Shown here: positions 12,244-22,531 of the stretch, in pieces
Numbering within the stretch: position 1 is the first letter of the stretch
Layout: each line of letters opens with the position of its first letter
Source: Escherichia coli
GTDB lineage: Bacteria; Pseudomonadota; Gammaproteobacteria; Enterobacterales; Enterobacteriaceae
DNA: 64,000 bases
Strand: one strand, 5' to 3'
NCBI RefSeq assembly: GCF_003790525.1
Contig: NZ_CP033635.1
The notes under the pieces: model-generated
What the model saw: only the letters and a program-made list of their open reading frames with translations
Database searches by the model: none
Told to the model about the DNA's origin: nothing
Made by a program: the position numbers and the translations under genes

Positions 12244-13437
12244 TCAAATCTGCCGTAACTGCGCCTCAACATACAAATAGCCAATTCCCAGCACCTGCTG
12301 TGCGCGGCTTAATTGCCCAAAGCCAATTTGCGTCGCTTTCACGCTCGGTCCTTCGTCGCGGTCGAACGGGTTAAATCCCGTCTGGCGAATAATGGTATTA
12401 AGCCAGTTCTCACCAAAGGCACAACTGCGACCGTACAACCAAATCTGATTAATATTGAGGATGTTGAGGAAGTTATACAGACTCAAACCAATGGCGTTGG
12501 CAGAGCGATCAACCCAACTGGTGATCCACGGTTCTCCACTCTGCCAGGCAGCGATTAACTGCGCGGTAGTCAGTTTTTCAGGATCAAGCTGAGTATTAAC
12601 CGGTTGTGATTTTAGCCATACCCGCGCCTGTTTTTTTAATGCGCTTAACGAGGCGACGGTTTCCAGGCAGCCGTAACGCCCGCAGTCGCAGACGACGCCA
12701 TCCGGATTAACGATGGTGTGACCAATTTGCCCGCTACCATACAAACTGCCGCGATAAATTTGCTCGTTAATCACGAACGACGAGCCAATGCCGTAATCAA
12801 CGTTGATCACGCAGAAATCCCGTTCCTGCGAATTATTTTGCCATTTCTCCGCCAGCGCCAGCATCACGCAGTCATTATCGACCATCACCCGAATGCCGAG
12901 CTTCTCTTCCAGCAGATACTTTACCTCAACCGGCGTTGTCCACGGCGCTTGCGGCATGGTTTGCGACACGCCAGTCACCGGATCAACCTGACCGTGGATT
13001 GCCAGCGCCAGGTTGATGGTACGGTCCGGCCACAATTTACGGTGGCGATGCCAGCATTTTTCGATTTCGGACAGCAGCGCCTGCGGCGTCGGTGCATCAA
13101 TCTGTAAATACTCAAATTCACCTTTCGGACTTAAACAGGCGTTAGCGACCTGACACTCAATACTGGTGGGCGTCACGTTCAGGCACAGCGTCCAGTCACC
13201 TTCCGGCGCAATCAGCCATGTACCGCTACTATGCCCGCGCGTCTGGCTTTCATCGTCGATATTTACCACCCGTTTTTCGCTTTCCAGTTCCTGCAAAATA
13301 TTACTGACTGCCGGAATCGAAATTTGCGCCAGCCGGGCCAGCGTTGATTTATTGGCGCGCTTTTGCCGGTACAGCAGTTCCAGAATCACGCATTTGTTAT
13401 GGTGGCGAATCTGTTGATTATTAATGCAGGCTCTCAT
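12244..13437 (-). CDS. yphH: ROK-family (NagC/XylR-like) transcriptional regulator
   Basis: N-terminal HTH, ROK sugar-kinase-like fold with zinc motif CDCGRYGCLE; divergent from yphG. Start may be 13443 (track) or 13437. Confidence 0.85.
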   Translation of the reverse strand: MRACINNQQIRHHNKCVILELLYRQKRANKSTLARLAQISIPAVSNILQELESEKRVVNIDDESQTRGHSSGTWLIAPEGDWTLCLNVTPTSIECQVANACLSPKGEFEYLQIDAPTPQALLSEIEKCWHRHRKLWPDRTINLALAIHGQVDPVTGVSQTMPQAPWTTPVEVKYLLEEKLGIRVMVDNDCVMLALAEKWQNNSQERDFCVINVDYGIGSSFVINEQIYRGSLYGSGQIGHTIVNPDGVVCDCGRYGCLETVASLSALKKQARVWLKSQPVNTQLDPEKLTTAQLIAAWQSGEPWITSWVDRSANAIGLSLYNFLNILNINQIWLYGRSCAFGENWLNTIIRQTGFNPFDRDEGPSVKATQIGFGQLSRAQQVLGIGYLYVEAQLRQI

Positions 13438-13554
13438 CTTCACTAAACCTTGTTTAGTTAATTGCGTGATTATTCCGCGAAAACATTGCCAGATTGTTCA
13501 ATACACTGCCACAAATCTTTTAATTCAGTATGTCTTGTTAATATTGAGGGCACC

Positions 13555-16500
13555 ATGACTCCAGTAAAAGTGTGGCAAGAGCGCGTTGAGATCCCGACCT
13601 ATGAAACCGGGCCGCAGGATATACATCCCATGTTCCTGGAAAATCGCGTTTATCAGGGATCGTCCGGCGCGGTTTATCCCTACGGCGTGACCGATACGCT
13701 GAGCGAGCAGAAAACCCTGAAATCCTGGCAGGCGGTGTGGCTGGAAAATGACTACATCAAAGTGATGATCCTGCCGGAACTGGGCGGTCGGGTGCATCGC
13801 GCATGGGATAAAGTGAAACAGCGCGATTTTGTCTATCACAATGAAGTCATTAAACCTGCGCTGGTGGGGCTGCTGGGACCGTGGATCTCCGGCGGGATTG
13901 AGTTTAACTGGCCGCAACACCATCGCCCGACCACCTTTATGCCCGTTGATTTCACCCTCGAAGCCCATGACGACGGCGCACAGACGGTGTGGGTCGGCGA
14001 AACGGAGCCGATGCACGGTTTACAGGTGATGACAGGTTTCACCCTGCGTCCTGACCGGGCGGCGCTGGAAATCGCCAGTCGCGTCTATAACGGCAACGCC
14101 ACGCCGCGTCATTTCTTGTGGTGGGCCAACCCGGCAGTGAAAGGGGGTGAAGGGCATCAGAGCGTCTTCCCGCCGGATGTAACGGCGGTGTTTGATCACG
14201 GCAAACGGGCCGTCTCCGCTTTCCCCATCGCCACCGGCACTTACTACAAAGTGGACTACTCCGCCGGAGTGGACATTTCTCGCTATAAAAATGTGCCCGT
14301 TCCAACCTCATATATGGCTGAAAAATCACAGTACGATTTTGTTGGCGCGTGGTGTCACGATGAAGATGGTGGTTTGCTACACGTTGCCAACCACCATATT
14401 GCGCCAGGTAAAAAACAGTGGAGCTGGGGACACAGTGAATTTGGCCAGGCGTGGGATAAGAGCCTGACTGACAATAACGGCCCGTATATCGAACTGATGA
14501 CCGGTATTTTTGCCGATAACCAGCCTGATTTTACCTGGCTTGATGCTTACGAGGAGAAGCGTTTCGAGCAGTATTTCCTGCCTTATCATTCTCTGGGCAT
14601 GGTGCAAAATGCCTCCCGCGATGCGGTGATAAAACTCCAGCGTAGTGAGCGGGGGATTGAGTGGGGGCTGTATGCCATCTCTCCGTTGAACGGATACCGC
14701 CTGGCGATCCGCGAAATCGGCAAATGCAACGCGTTGCTCGATGATGCCGTGGCCCTGACACCAGCGACCGCCATCCAGGGCGTGTTGCACGGTATCAATC
14801 CTGACAGACTGACCATTGAGCTCTCCGATGCCGACGGCAATATTGTACTGAGTTATCATGAACATCAGCCGCAAGCGTTGCCGTTGCCGGACGTCGCCAA
14901 AGCGCCACTGTCAGCACAAGACATTACCAGTACAGATGAAGCCTGGTTTATCGGTCAGCATCTGGAGCAATATCATCACGCCAGCCGTTCACCGTTCGAT
15001 TACTACCTGCGCGGCGTGGCGCTGGATCCGCTGGATTATCGCTGTAACCTGGCGCTGGCGATGCTGGAATATAACCGCGCCGATTTCCCGCAAGCGGTGG
15101 CGTATGCCACTCAGGCGCTGAAACGCGCACATGCGCTGAACAAAAATCCGCAGTGCGGACAGGCCAGTTTGATTCGCGCCAGTGCTTACGAACGTCAGGG
15201 ACAATATCAACAAGCCGAAGAGGATTTCTGGCGGGCGGTCTGGAGCGGCAATAGTAAAGCAGGTGGCTATTATGGTCTGGCACGACTGGCGGCGCGTAAT
15301 GGTCACTTCGATGCTGGTCTGGATTTTTGCCAACAAAGTCTTCGCGCCTGCCCAACCAATCAGGAAGTGCTTTGCCTGCATAATCTGCTGCTGGTGTTAA
15401 GTGGTCGTCAGGACAACGCGCGTTTGCAGCGCGAGAAACTGCTGCGCGATTATCCGCTGAACGCCACTCTGTGGTGGCTGAACTGGTTCGATGGTCGTAG
15501 CGAATCAGCCCTCGCGCAGTGGCGCGGTCTGTGTCAGGGACGCGACGTTAACGCCCTGATGACCGCCGGGCAACTGATTAACTGGGGAATGCCTACCCTG
15601 GCGGCAGAGATGCTGAACGCACTGGACTGCCAGCGCACGCTGCCGCTTTATCTGCAGGCGAGTTTATTGCCGAAAGCCGAACGCGGCGAACTGGTCGCAA
15701 AAGCCATTGATGTCTTCCCGCAGTTTGTCCGTTTCCCGAATACGCTGGAAGAAGTGGCGGCGCTGGAGAGTATTGAAGAGTGCTGGTTTGCCCGTCATTT
15801 ATTGGCCTGCTTCTACTACAACAAGCGTAGCTACGGCAAAGCCATTGCCTTATGGCAACGTTGCGTAGAGATGTCGCCGGAGTTTGCCGACGGCTGGCGC
15901 GGGTTAGCGATCCATGCGTGGAATAAGCAACACGATTATGAGCTGGCCGCGCGTTATCTTGATAATGCTTATCAGCTTGCGCCGCAGGATGCACGTCTGC
16001 TTTTCGAACGGGATTTGCTGGATAAGTTAAGTGGAGCCACACCGGAGAAACGACTGGCGCGTCTGGAAAATAATCTGGAAATTGCGCTGAAACGCGACGA
16101 CATGACCGCAGAACTGCTCAATTTGTGGCATCTCACGGGTCAGGCAGACAAAGCGGCGGACATTCTCGCCACGCGCAAATTCCACCCGTGGGAAGGCGGG
16201 GAAGGGAAGATCACCAGTCAGTTTATCCTCAACCAGTTATTACGCGCCTGGCAGCATCTTGATGCCAGAGAGCCGCAGCAGGCCAGCGAACTGCTTCATG
16301 CCGCGCTGCATTATCCGGAGAATTTAAGCGAAGGCCGTTTACCGGGGCAAACTGATAACGACATCTGGTTCTGGCAGGCGATATGCGCCAACGCGCAGGG
16401 AGATGAAACTGAAGCGATGCGTTGTTTACGTCTGGCGGCGACTGGCGATCGCACCATTAACATTCACAGTTATTACAACGATCAGCCGGTTGATTATCTC

Positions 16501-16836
16501 TTCTGGCAAGGAATGGCGCTGCGACTGCTGGGCGAACAACAAATCGCACAGCAACTGTTTAGTGAAATGAAACAGTGGGCGCAAGAGATGGCGAAAACCA
16601 GTATTGAGGCGGATTTCTTTGCTGTTTCACAACCTGACCTGTTGTCGCTGTATGGCGATTTACAACAGCAGCATAAAGAAAAATGCCTGATGGTGGCGAT
16701 GCTGGCGTCCGCGGGACTCGGGGAGGTTGCGCACTATGAATCTGCTCGCGCTGAATTGACGGCGATTAATCCGGCCTGGCCGAAAGCGGCATTATTCACC
16801 ACTGTGATGCCTTTTATTTTTAACTACGTTCACTAA
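13555..16836 (+). CDS. yphG: Large uncharacterised cytoplasmic protein, N-terminal domain of unknown function plus C-terminal TPR-like repeats, 1093 aa
   Basis: MTPVKVWQERVEIPTYETG start, no signal peptide; C-terminal half rich in TPR-like A/L/Y/W helical repeats; first gene of yphGFEDCB. Track start 13462 is over-extended. Confidence 0.85.
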   Translation: MTPVKVWQERVEIPTYETGPQDIHPMFLENRVYQGSSGAVYPYGVTDTLSEQKTLKSWQAVWLENDYIKVMILPELGGRVHRAWDKVKQRDFVYHNEVIKPALVGLLGPWISGGIEFNWPQHHRPTTFMPVDFTLEAHDDGAQTVWVGETEPMHGLQVMTGFTLRPDRAALEIASRVYNGNATPRHFLWWANPAVKGGEGHQSVFPPDVTAVFDHGKRAVSAFPIATGTYYKVDYSAGVDISRYKNVPVPTSYMAEKSQYDFVGAWCHDEDGGLLHVANHHIAPGKKQWSWGHSEFGQAWDKSLTDNNGPYIELMTGIFADNQPDFTWLDAYEEKRFEQYFLPYHSLGMVQNASRDAVIKLQRSERGIEWGLYAISPLNGYRLAIREIGKCNALLDDAVALTPATAIQGVLHGINPDRLTIELSDADGNIVLSYHEHQPQALPLPDVAKAPLSAQDITSTDEAWFIGQHLEQYHHASRSPFDYYLRGVALDPLDYRCNLALAMLEYNRADFPQAVAYATQALKRAHALNKNPQCGQASLIRASAYERQGQYQQAEEDFWRAVWSGNSKAGGYYGLARLAARNGHFDAGLDFCQQSLRACPTNQEVLCLHNLLLVLSGRQDNARLQREKLLRDYPLNATLWWLNWFDGRSESALAQWRGLCQGRDVNALMTAGQLINWGMPTLAAEMLNALDCQRTLPLYLQASLLPKAERGELVAKAIDVFPQFVRFPNTLEEVAALESIEECWFARHLLACFYYNKRSYGKAIALWQRCVEMSPEFADGWRGLAIHAWNKQHDYELAARYLDNAYQLAPQDARLLFERDLLDKLSGATPEKRLARLENNLEIALKRDDMTAELLNLWHLTGQADKAADILATRKFHPWEGGEGKITSQFILNQLLRAWQHLDAREPQQASELLHAALHYPENLSEGRLPGQTDNDIWFWQAICANAQGDETEAMRCLRLAATGDRTINIHSYYNDQPVDYLFWQGMALRLLGEQQIAQQLFSEMKQWAQEMAKTSIEADFFAVSQPDLLSLYGDLQQQHKEKCLMVAMLASAGLGEVAHYESARAELTAINPAWPKAALFTTVMPFIFNYVH

Positions 16837-16932
16837 ACCCTATTAACTGTAATATTTGAGCGGCACGCGCTGCCGCTCACGCTCAAATAATTAAAATAAG
16901 CCGTTGTAAATAAAAACCCTACAGGAGGCACT

Positions 16933-17916
16933 ATGCCTAAAAAAATGAGAACAACCCGTAATCTATTATTAATGGCTACGCTATTAGGTAGCGCACTATT
17001 TGCCAGGGCTGCGGATAAAGAAATGACCATTGGCGCAATATACCTTGATACCCAGGGATATTACGCTGGCGTGCGTCAGGGTGTTCAGGATGCGGCAAAA
17101 GATTCTTCAGTACAGGTACAGTTAATTGAAACTAACGCCCAGGGTGATATTTCGAAAGAAAGTACCTTTGTTGATACCCTCGTGGCGCGTAATGTCGATG
17201 CCATTATTTTATCGGCAGTGTCTGAAAATGGCAGTAGCCGTACCGTTCGTCGCGCCAGTGAAGCGGGTATTCCGGTGATTTGCTACAACACCTGTATTAA
17301 TCAAAAAGGCGTCGATAAATATGTCTCGGCGTATCTGGTCGGCGATCCGCTGGAATTTGGTAAAAAACTGGGTAATGCTGCCGCCGATTATTTTATTGCC
17401 AACAAAATTGACCAGCCGAAAATTGCCGTCATCAATTGCGAAGCCTTTGAAGTTTGTGTGCAGCGACGTAAAGGGTTTGAAGAAGTATTAAAAGCCCGCG
17501 TTCCCGGCGCGCAAATTGTCGCTAATCAGGAAGGGACTGTTTTAGATAAAGCGATTTCCGTTGGTGAAAAACTAATTATCTCCAGGCCGGATCTCAACGC
17601 CATTATGGGTGAATCGGGCGGAGCGACACTCGGCGCGGTAAAAGCGGTACGTAATCAAAATCAGGCCGGAAAAATTGCTGTTTTCGGTTCGGATATGACC
17701 ACTGAAATTGCTCAGGAGCTGGAAAACAATCAGGTGCTGAAAGCGGTAGTGGATATTTCCGGCAAGAAAATGGGCAATGCTGTTTTCGCGCAAACATTGA
17801 AGGTTATCAATAAACAAGCCGACGGTGAAAAAGTGATTCAGGTGCCTATCGATCTCTATACCAAAACGGAAGACGGTAAACAGTGGCTGGCAACGCACGT
17901 TGATGGTCTGCCCTAA
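16933..17916 (+). CDS. yphF: Periplasmic sugar-binding protein of ABC transporter, 327 aa
   Basis: Signal peptide MPKKMRTTRNLLLMATLLGSALFARA; periplasmic binding protein fold (ribose/galactose-binding family-like). Confidence 0.88.
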   Translation: MPKKMRTTRNLLLMATLLGSALFARAADKEMTIGAIYLDTQGYYAGVRQGVQDAAKDSSVQVQLIETNAQGDISKESTFVDTLVARNVDAIILSAVSENGSSRTVRRASEAGIPVICYNTCINQKGVDKYVSAYLVGDPLEFGKKLGNAAADYFIANKIDQPKIAVINCEAFEVCVQRRKGFEEVLKARVPGAQIVANQEGTVLDKAISVGEKLIISRPDLNAIMGESGGATLGAVKAVRNQNQAGKIAVFGSDMTTEIAQELENNQVLKAVVDISGKKMGNAVFAQTLKVINKQADGEKVIQVPIDLYTKTEDGKQWLATHVDGLP

Positions 17917-17938
17917 TCGCTGATTCGCAGAGGTCCCT

Positions 17939-19450
17939 ATGTTCACGGCAACAGAGGCAGTCCCGGTAGCAAAAGTGGTGGCAGGAAATAAGCGTTATCC
18001 CGGCGTCGTTGCGTTGGATAACGTTAACTTCACGCTCAATAAAGGCGAAGTTCGTGCGCTGTTAGGCAAAAACGGCGCGGGCAAATCGACCCTCATTCGA
18101 ATGCTTACCGGTAGCGAACGTCCGGATAGCGGTGATATCTGGATTGGCGAGACGCGACTGGAAGGTGACGAAACTACGCTGACTCGCCGTGCCGCTGAAC
18201 TGGGGGTTCGTGCGGTTTATCAGGAATTAAGTCTGGTGGAAGGGCTGACGGTGGCGGAAAACCTCTGCCTCGGTCAGTGGCCCCGCCGCAACGGCATGAT
18301 TGATTACCTGCAAATGGCGCAGGATGCCCAACGTTGCTTACAGGCGCTGGGCGTTGACGTTAGCCCTGAACAACTTGTTTCAACGCTAAGCCCGGCGCAA
18401 AAGCAACTGGTGGAAATTGCGCGGGTGATGAAGGGCGAGCCGCGCGTGGTCATTCTTGATGAACCCACCAGCTCGCTTGCCAGTGCGGAAGTTGAACTGG
18501 TGATCAGCGCGGTGAAAAAGATGTCGGCACTGGGCGTGGCGGTGATTTATGTCAGCCACCGGATGGAAGAAATTCGCCGCATTGCCTCCTGTGCCACCGT
18601 TATGCGCGATGGTCAGGTGGCGGGCGATGTGATGCTCGAAAACACCTCTACGCATCATATTGTGTCGCTAATGCTCGGGTGCGATCACGTTGATATTGCG
18701 CCGGTTGCCCCTCAGGAAATTATGGATCAGGCCGTGCTGGAAGTCCGTGCGTTACGCCATAAGCCCAAGCTGGAGGATATCAGCTTTACGCTACGTCGCG
18801 GCGAAGTGCTCGGCATTGCTGGCCTGCTGGGGGCAGGGCGCAGTGAATTGTTGAAAGCCATAGTTGGGCTGGAGACGTATGAACAGGGCGAAATTGTTAT
18901 CAACGGCGAGAAAATCACGTGCCCCGATTACGGCGACATGCTGAAACGCGGCATTGGATATACGCCAGAAAACCGCAAAGAAGCGGGGATCATTCCCTGG
19001 CTGGGCGTTGACGAAAATACAGTGCTGACCAATCGGCAAAAAATCAGCGCCAACGGTGTGCTGCAATGGTCCACCATCCGCCGCCTGACCGAAGAGGTGA
19101 TGCAGCGGATGACGGTCAAGGCCGCCAGTAGCGAAACGCCCATCGGCACGCTTTCTGGCGGCAATCAGCAAAAAGTGGTGATCGGTCGTTGGGTCTATGC
19201 CGCCAGCCAGATTTTGTTGCTCGACGAGCCAACGCGTGGCGTCGATATCGAAGCCAAACAGCAGATTTACCGTATTGTCCGCGAGCTGGCTGCCGAAGGA
19301 AAAAGCGTGGTGTTTATCTCCAGTGAAGTGGAGGAGTTACCGTTGGTGTGCGACCGCATTCTGTTGTTACAGCACGGTACGTTCTCGCAGGAGTTTCACT
19401 CTCCGGTCAATGTGGATGAGCTGATGTCCGCCATTCTGTCTGTGCACTGA
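17939..19450 (+). CDS. yphE: Sugar ABC transporter ATPase with duplicated nucleotide-binding domains, 503 aa
   Basis: Two Walker A motifs (GKNGAGKST and GLLGAGRSE) and two LSGG signatures. Confidence 0.9.
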   Translation: MFTATEAVPVAKVVAGNKRYPGVVALDNVNFTLNKGEVRALLGKNGAGKSTLIRMLTGSERPDSGDIWIGETRLEGDETTLTRRAAELGVRAVYQELSLVEGLTVAENLCLGQWPRRNGMIDYLQMAQDAQRCLQALGVDVSPEQLVSTLSPAQKQLVEIARVMKGEPRVVILDEPTSSLASAEVELVISAVKKMSALGVAVIYVSHRMEEIRRIASCATVMRDGQVAGDVMLENTSTHHIVSLMLGCDHVDIAPVAPQEIMDQAVLEVRALRHKPKLEDISFTLRRGEVLGIAGLLGAGRSELLKAIVGLETYEQGEIVINGEKITCPDYGDMLKRGIGYTPENRKEAGIIPWLGVDENTVLTNRQKISANGVLQWSTIRRLTEEVMQRMTVKAASSETPIGTLSGGNQQKVVIGRWVYAASQILLLDEPTRGVDIEAKQQIYRIVRELAAEGKSVVFISSEVEELPLVCDRILLLQHGTFSQEFHSPVNVDELMSAILSVH

Positions 19451-19474
19451 TGAATTTTACCGAGGAACCTGAAG

Positions 19475-20473
19475 ATGTCTGCTTCGTCATTACCATTGCC
19501 GCAGGGCAAGAGCGTCTCGCTCAAACAATTTGTCAGTCGCCATATTAATGAGATCGGTTTGCTGGTGGTGATTGCCATTTTGTATCTGGTCTTCTCCCTG
19601 AACGCGCCGGGTTTTATCTCATTGAATAACCAGATGAACGTGCTGCGTGATGCCGCCACCATTGGGATCGCCGCCTGGGCGATGACGCTGATTATTATCT
19701 CCGGTGAAATTGATGTCAGCGTTGGGCCGATGGTGGCTTTTGTCTCGGTGTGCCTGGCATTTTTGCTGCAATTTGACGTTCCGCTGGCGATTGCTTGTCT
19801 GCTGGTGTTGCTGTTAGGTGCGCTGATGGGAACGCTCGCCGGGGTGCTGCGCGGCGTGTTTAACGTGCCAAGTTTTGTTGCCACGCTGGGTTTATGGAGC
19901 GCCCTGCGCGGAATGGGGCTGTTTATGACGAACGCCTTGCCAGTGCCAATTAACGAAAACGAAGTGCTGGACTGGCTGGGCGGACAATTTCTCGGTGTGC
20001 CGGTATCCGCGCTGATCATGATGGTGTTATTTGCGCTGTTTGTGTTCATTAGCCGCAAAACCGCCTTCGGGCGCTCGGTTTTTGCTGTTGGCGGTAATGC
20101 CACTGCAGCGCAGTTGTGCGGTATTAACGTTCGTCGGGTACGCATTCTTATTTTTACCCTTTCGGGATTATTAGCGGCGGTGACCGGCATTTTGTTGGCG
20201 GCGCGCCTCGGTTCCGGTAACGCAGGTGCCGCAAACGGTCTGGAGTTTGACGTCATCGCCGCGGTCGTCGTCGGCGGTACGGCGCTTTCCGGTGGTCGCG
20301 GCTCGTTGTTCGGTACGCTGCTTGGCGTACTGGTGATTACGCTAATCGGTAACGGTCTGGTGCTGCTCGGGATTAACTCCTTTTTCCAGCAGGTGGTGCG
20401 CGGCGTCATCATCGTGGTGGCGGTGCTGGCGAATATCTTGCTGACCCAGCGTAGCAGTAAAGCGAAACGCTAA
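19475..20473 (+). CDS. yphD: Sugar ABC transporter permease, 332 aa
   Basis: Polytopic hydrophobic protein of the RbsC/AraH-like permease type. Confidence 0.88.
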   Translation: MSASSLPLPQGKSVSLKQFVSRHINEIGLLVVIAILYLVFSLNAPGFISLNNQMNVLRDAATIGIAAWAMTLIIISGEIDVSVGPMVAFVSVCLAFLLQFDVPLAIACLLVLLLGALMGTLAGVLRGVFNVPSFVATLGLWSALRGMGLFMTNALPVPINENEVLDWLGGQFLGVPVSALIMMVLFALFVFISRKTAFGRSVFAVGGNATAAQLCGINVRRVRILIFTLSGLLAAVTGILLAARLGSGNAGAANGLEFDVIAAVVVGGTALSGGRGSLFGTLLGVLVITLIGNGLVLLGINSFFQQVVRGVIIVVAVLANILLTQRSSKAKR

Positions 20474-20538
20474 ACCTTAACGCCCCTGGCGCGGGTGCGG
20501 CAGGGATGAAAATTAATCGTATTGTTAATGAGGGATTT

Positions 20539-21600
20539 ATGAAAACGATGCTGGCAGCTTATTTACCAGGAAATTCGACCGTCGATCTGCGGGAAGTTGC
20601 GGTGCCGACGCCGGGTATTAACCAGGTACTGATCAAAATGAAATCCTCCGGAATTTGCGGAAGCGATGTCCACTATATCTACCACCAGCACCGCGCTACG
20701 GCGGCGGCACCCGATAAACCGTTATACCAGGGATTTATCAACGGTCATGAACCGTGCGGGCAAATTGTGGCGATGGGGCAAGGCTGCCGCCATTTTAAAG
20801 AGGGCGACCGTGTGCTGGTGTATCACATTTCTGGCTGTGGTTTTTGCCCGAACTGCCGTCGTGGTTTTCCTATCTCTTGTACTGGCGAAGGAAAAGCGGC
20901 TTACGGCTGGCAGCGTGACGGCGGCCATGCTGAATACCTGCTGGCGGAAGAAAAAGATCTGATCCTCCTGCCGGATGCACTGAGTTACGAAGATGGTGCG
21001 TTTATCAGTTGCGGCGTTGGTACAGCGTATGAAGGGATTTTGCGCGGCGAAGTTTCCGGCAGTGATAACGTGCTGGTGGTCGGTCTGGGGCCGGTCGGCA
21101 TGATGGCGATGATGCTGGCAAAAGGTCGCGGTGCAAAAAGGATCATCGGCGTTGATATGTTGCCGGAACGTCTGGCGATGGCGAAACAGTTAGGAGTGAT
21201 GGATCACGGCTATTTAGCGACTACCGAAGGTCTGCCGCAGATAATCGCCGAACTCACTCACGGCGGCGCGGATGTTGCGCTTGATTGTTCCGGTAATGCC
21301 GCAGGTCGCTTACTGGCACTGCAATCCACCGCTGACTGGGGACGGGTGGTTTACATCGGGGAAACCGGAAAAGTGGAGTTCGAGGTTAGCGCTGATCTGA
21401 TGCATCATCAACGGCGGATTATTGGCTCCTGGGTGACCAGTCTGTTCCATATGGAAAAATGCGCCCACGATTTAACGGACTGGAAACTGTGGCCGCGTAA
21501 TGCCATTACCCATCGCTTCTCACTGGAACAGGCAGGAGATGCCTATGCGCTGATGGCGAGCGGCAAATGCGGGAAAGTTGTGATTAACTTCCCGGATTAA
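20539..21600 (+). CDS. yphC: Zinc-dependent medium-chain dehydrogenase/reductase, about 353 aa
   Basis: CGSDVHY and GHEPCG zinc-binding motifs, GLGPVG Rossmann motif; track start 20506 is over-extended. Confidence 0.88.
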   Translation: MKTMLAAYLPGNSTVDLREVAVPTPGINQVLIKMKSSGICGSDVHYIYHQHRATAAAPDKPLYQGFINGHEPCGQIVAMGQGCRHFKEGDRVLVYHISGCGFCPNCRRGFPISCTGEGKAAYGWQRDGGHAEYLLAEEKDLILLPDALSYEDGAFISCGVGTAYEGILRGEVSGSDNVLVVGLGPVGMMAMMLAKGRGAKRIIGVDMLPERLAMAKQLGVMDHGYLATTEGLPQIIAELTHGGADVALDCSGNAAGRLLALQSTADWGRVVYIGETGKVEFEVSADLMHHQRRIIGSWVTSLFHMEKCAHDLTDWKLWPRNAITHRFSLEQAGDAYALMASGKCGKVVINFPD

Positions 21601-21611
21601 GGAGTTAGCGG

Positions 21612-22484
21612 ATGACCATCTATACCTTATCTCACGGGCCGCTAAAGCTGGACGTTTCTGACCGGGGCGGCGTCATCGAAGGCTTCTGGCGTGACGCGAC
21701 GCCGCTCTTACGTCCCGGTAAAAAAAGCGGTGTGGCAACCGATGCCTCTTGTTTTCCGCTGGTGCCGTTTGCAAACCGGGTGAGCGGCAATCGTTTTGTC
21801 TGGCAGGGGCGTGAGTATCAACTGCAACCGAATGTTGAGTGGGATGCGCATTATCTACACGGCGATGGCTGGTTGGGCGAGTGGCAATGTGTCTCGCGCA
21901 GCGATGATAGCTTGTGTCTGGTGTATGAACATCTCAGCGGTGTTTATCACTATCGGGTAAGCCAGGCATTTCATTTAACGGCGGATACGCTGACAGTGAC
22001 GCTCGCTGTCACCAATCAAGGGGCAGAGACGCTGCCATTTGGTACCGGCTGGCATCCTTATTTTCCGTTGTCGCCGCAAACGCGGATTCAGGCACAGGCG
22101 AGCGGTTACTGGCTGGAGCGGGAGCAGTGGCTGGCGGGTGAGTTTTGCGAGCAGCTACCGCAGGAACTGGATTTTAACCAGCTCACGCCGTTGCCGCGCC
22201 AGTGGGTAAACAATGGTTTTGCCGGATGGAATGGTAAGGCCCGCATCGAGCAGCCGCAGGAGGGTTATGCCATCATCATGGAAACGACGCGGCCTGCACC
22301 GTGTTATTTCATCTTTGTTTCCGACCCGGCGTTTGATAAAGGATATGCGTTTGATTTCTTCTGTCTGGAACCGATGAGCCATGCGCCAGATGATCATCAT
22401 CGCCCGGAAGGTGGTGATCTCATTGCGCTTGCACCAGGGGAATCAACAACTTCAGAGATGTCGTTGCGGGTTGCGTTACTGTAA
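21612..22484 (+). CDS. yphB: Aldose 1-epimerase family protein, 290 aa
   Basis: Galactose-mutarotase-like family by sequence character; last gene of the yph operon. Confidence 0.8.
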   Translation: MTIYTLSHGPLKLDVSDRGGVIEGFWRDATPLLRPGKKSGVATDASCFPLVPFANRVSGNRFVWQGREYQLQPNVEWDAHYLHGDGWLGEWQCVSRSDDSLCLVYEHLSGVYHYRVSQAFHLTADTLTVTLAVTNQGAETLPFGTGWHPYFPLSPQTRIQAQASGYWLEREQWLAGEFCEQLPQELDFNQLTPLPRQWVNNGFAGWNGKARIEQPQEGYAIIMETTRPAPCYFIFVSDPAFDKGYAFDFFCLEPMSHAPDDHHRPEGGDLIALAPGESTTSEMSLRVALL

Positions 22485-22491
22485 TTTATAA

Positions 22492-22525
22492 AATGCCGGA
22501 TAAGGCGTTCACGCCGCATCCGGCA
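22492..22525. repeat. REP element
   Basis: atgccggataaggcgttcacgccgcatccggcat palindromic REP consensus between yphB and yphA. Confidence 0.7.
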
Positions 22526-22531
22526 TCTTTC

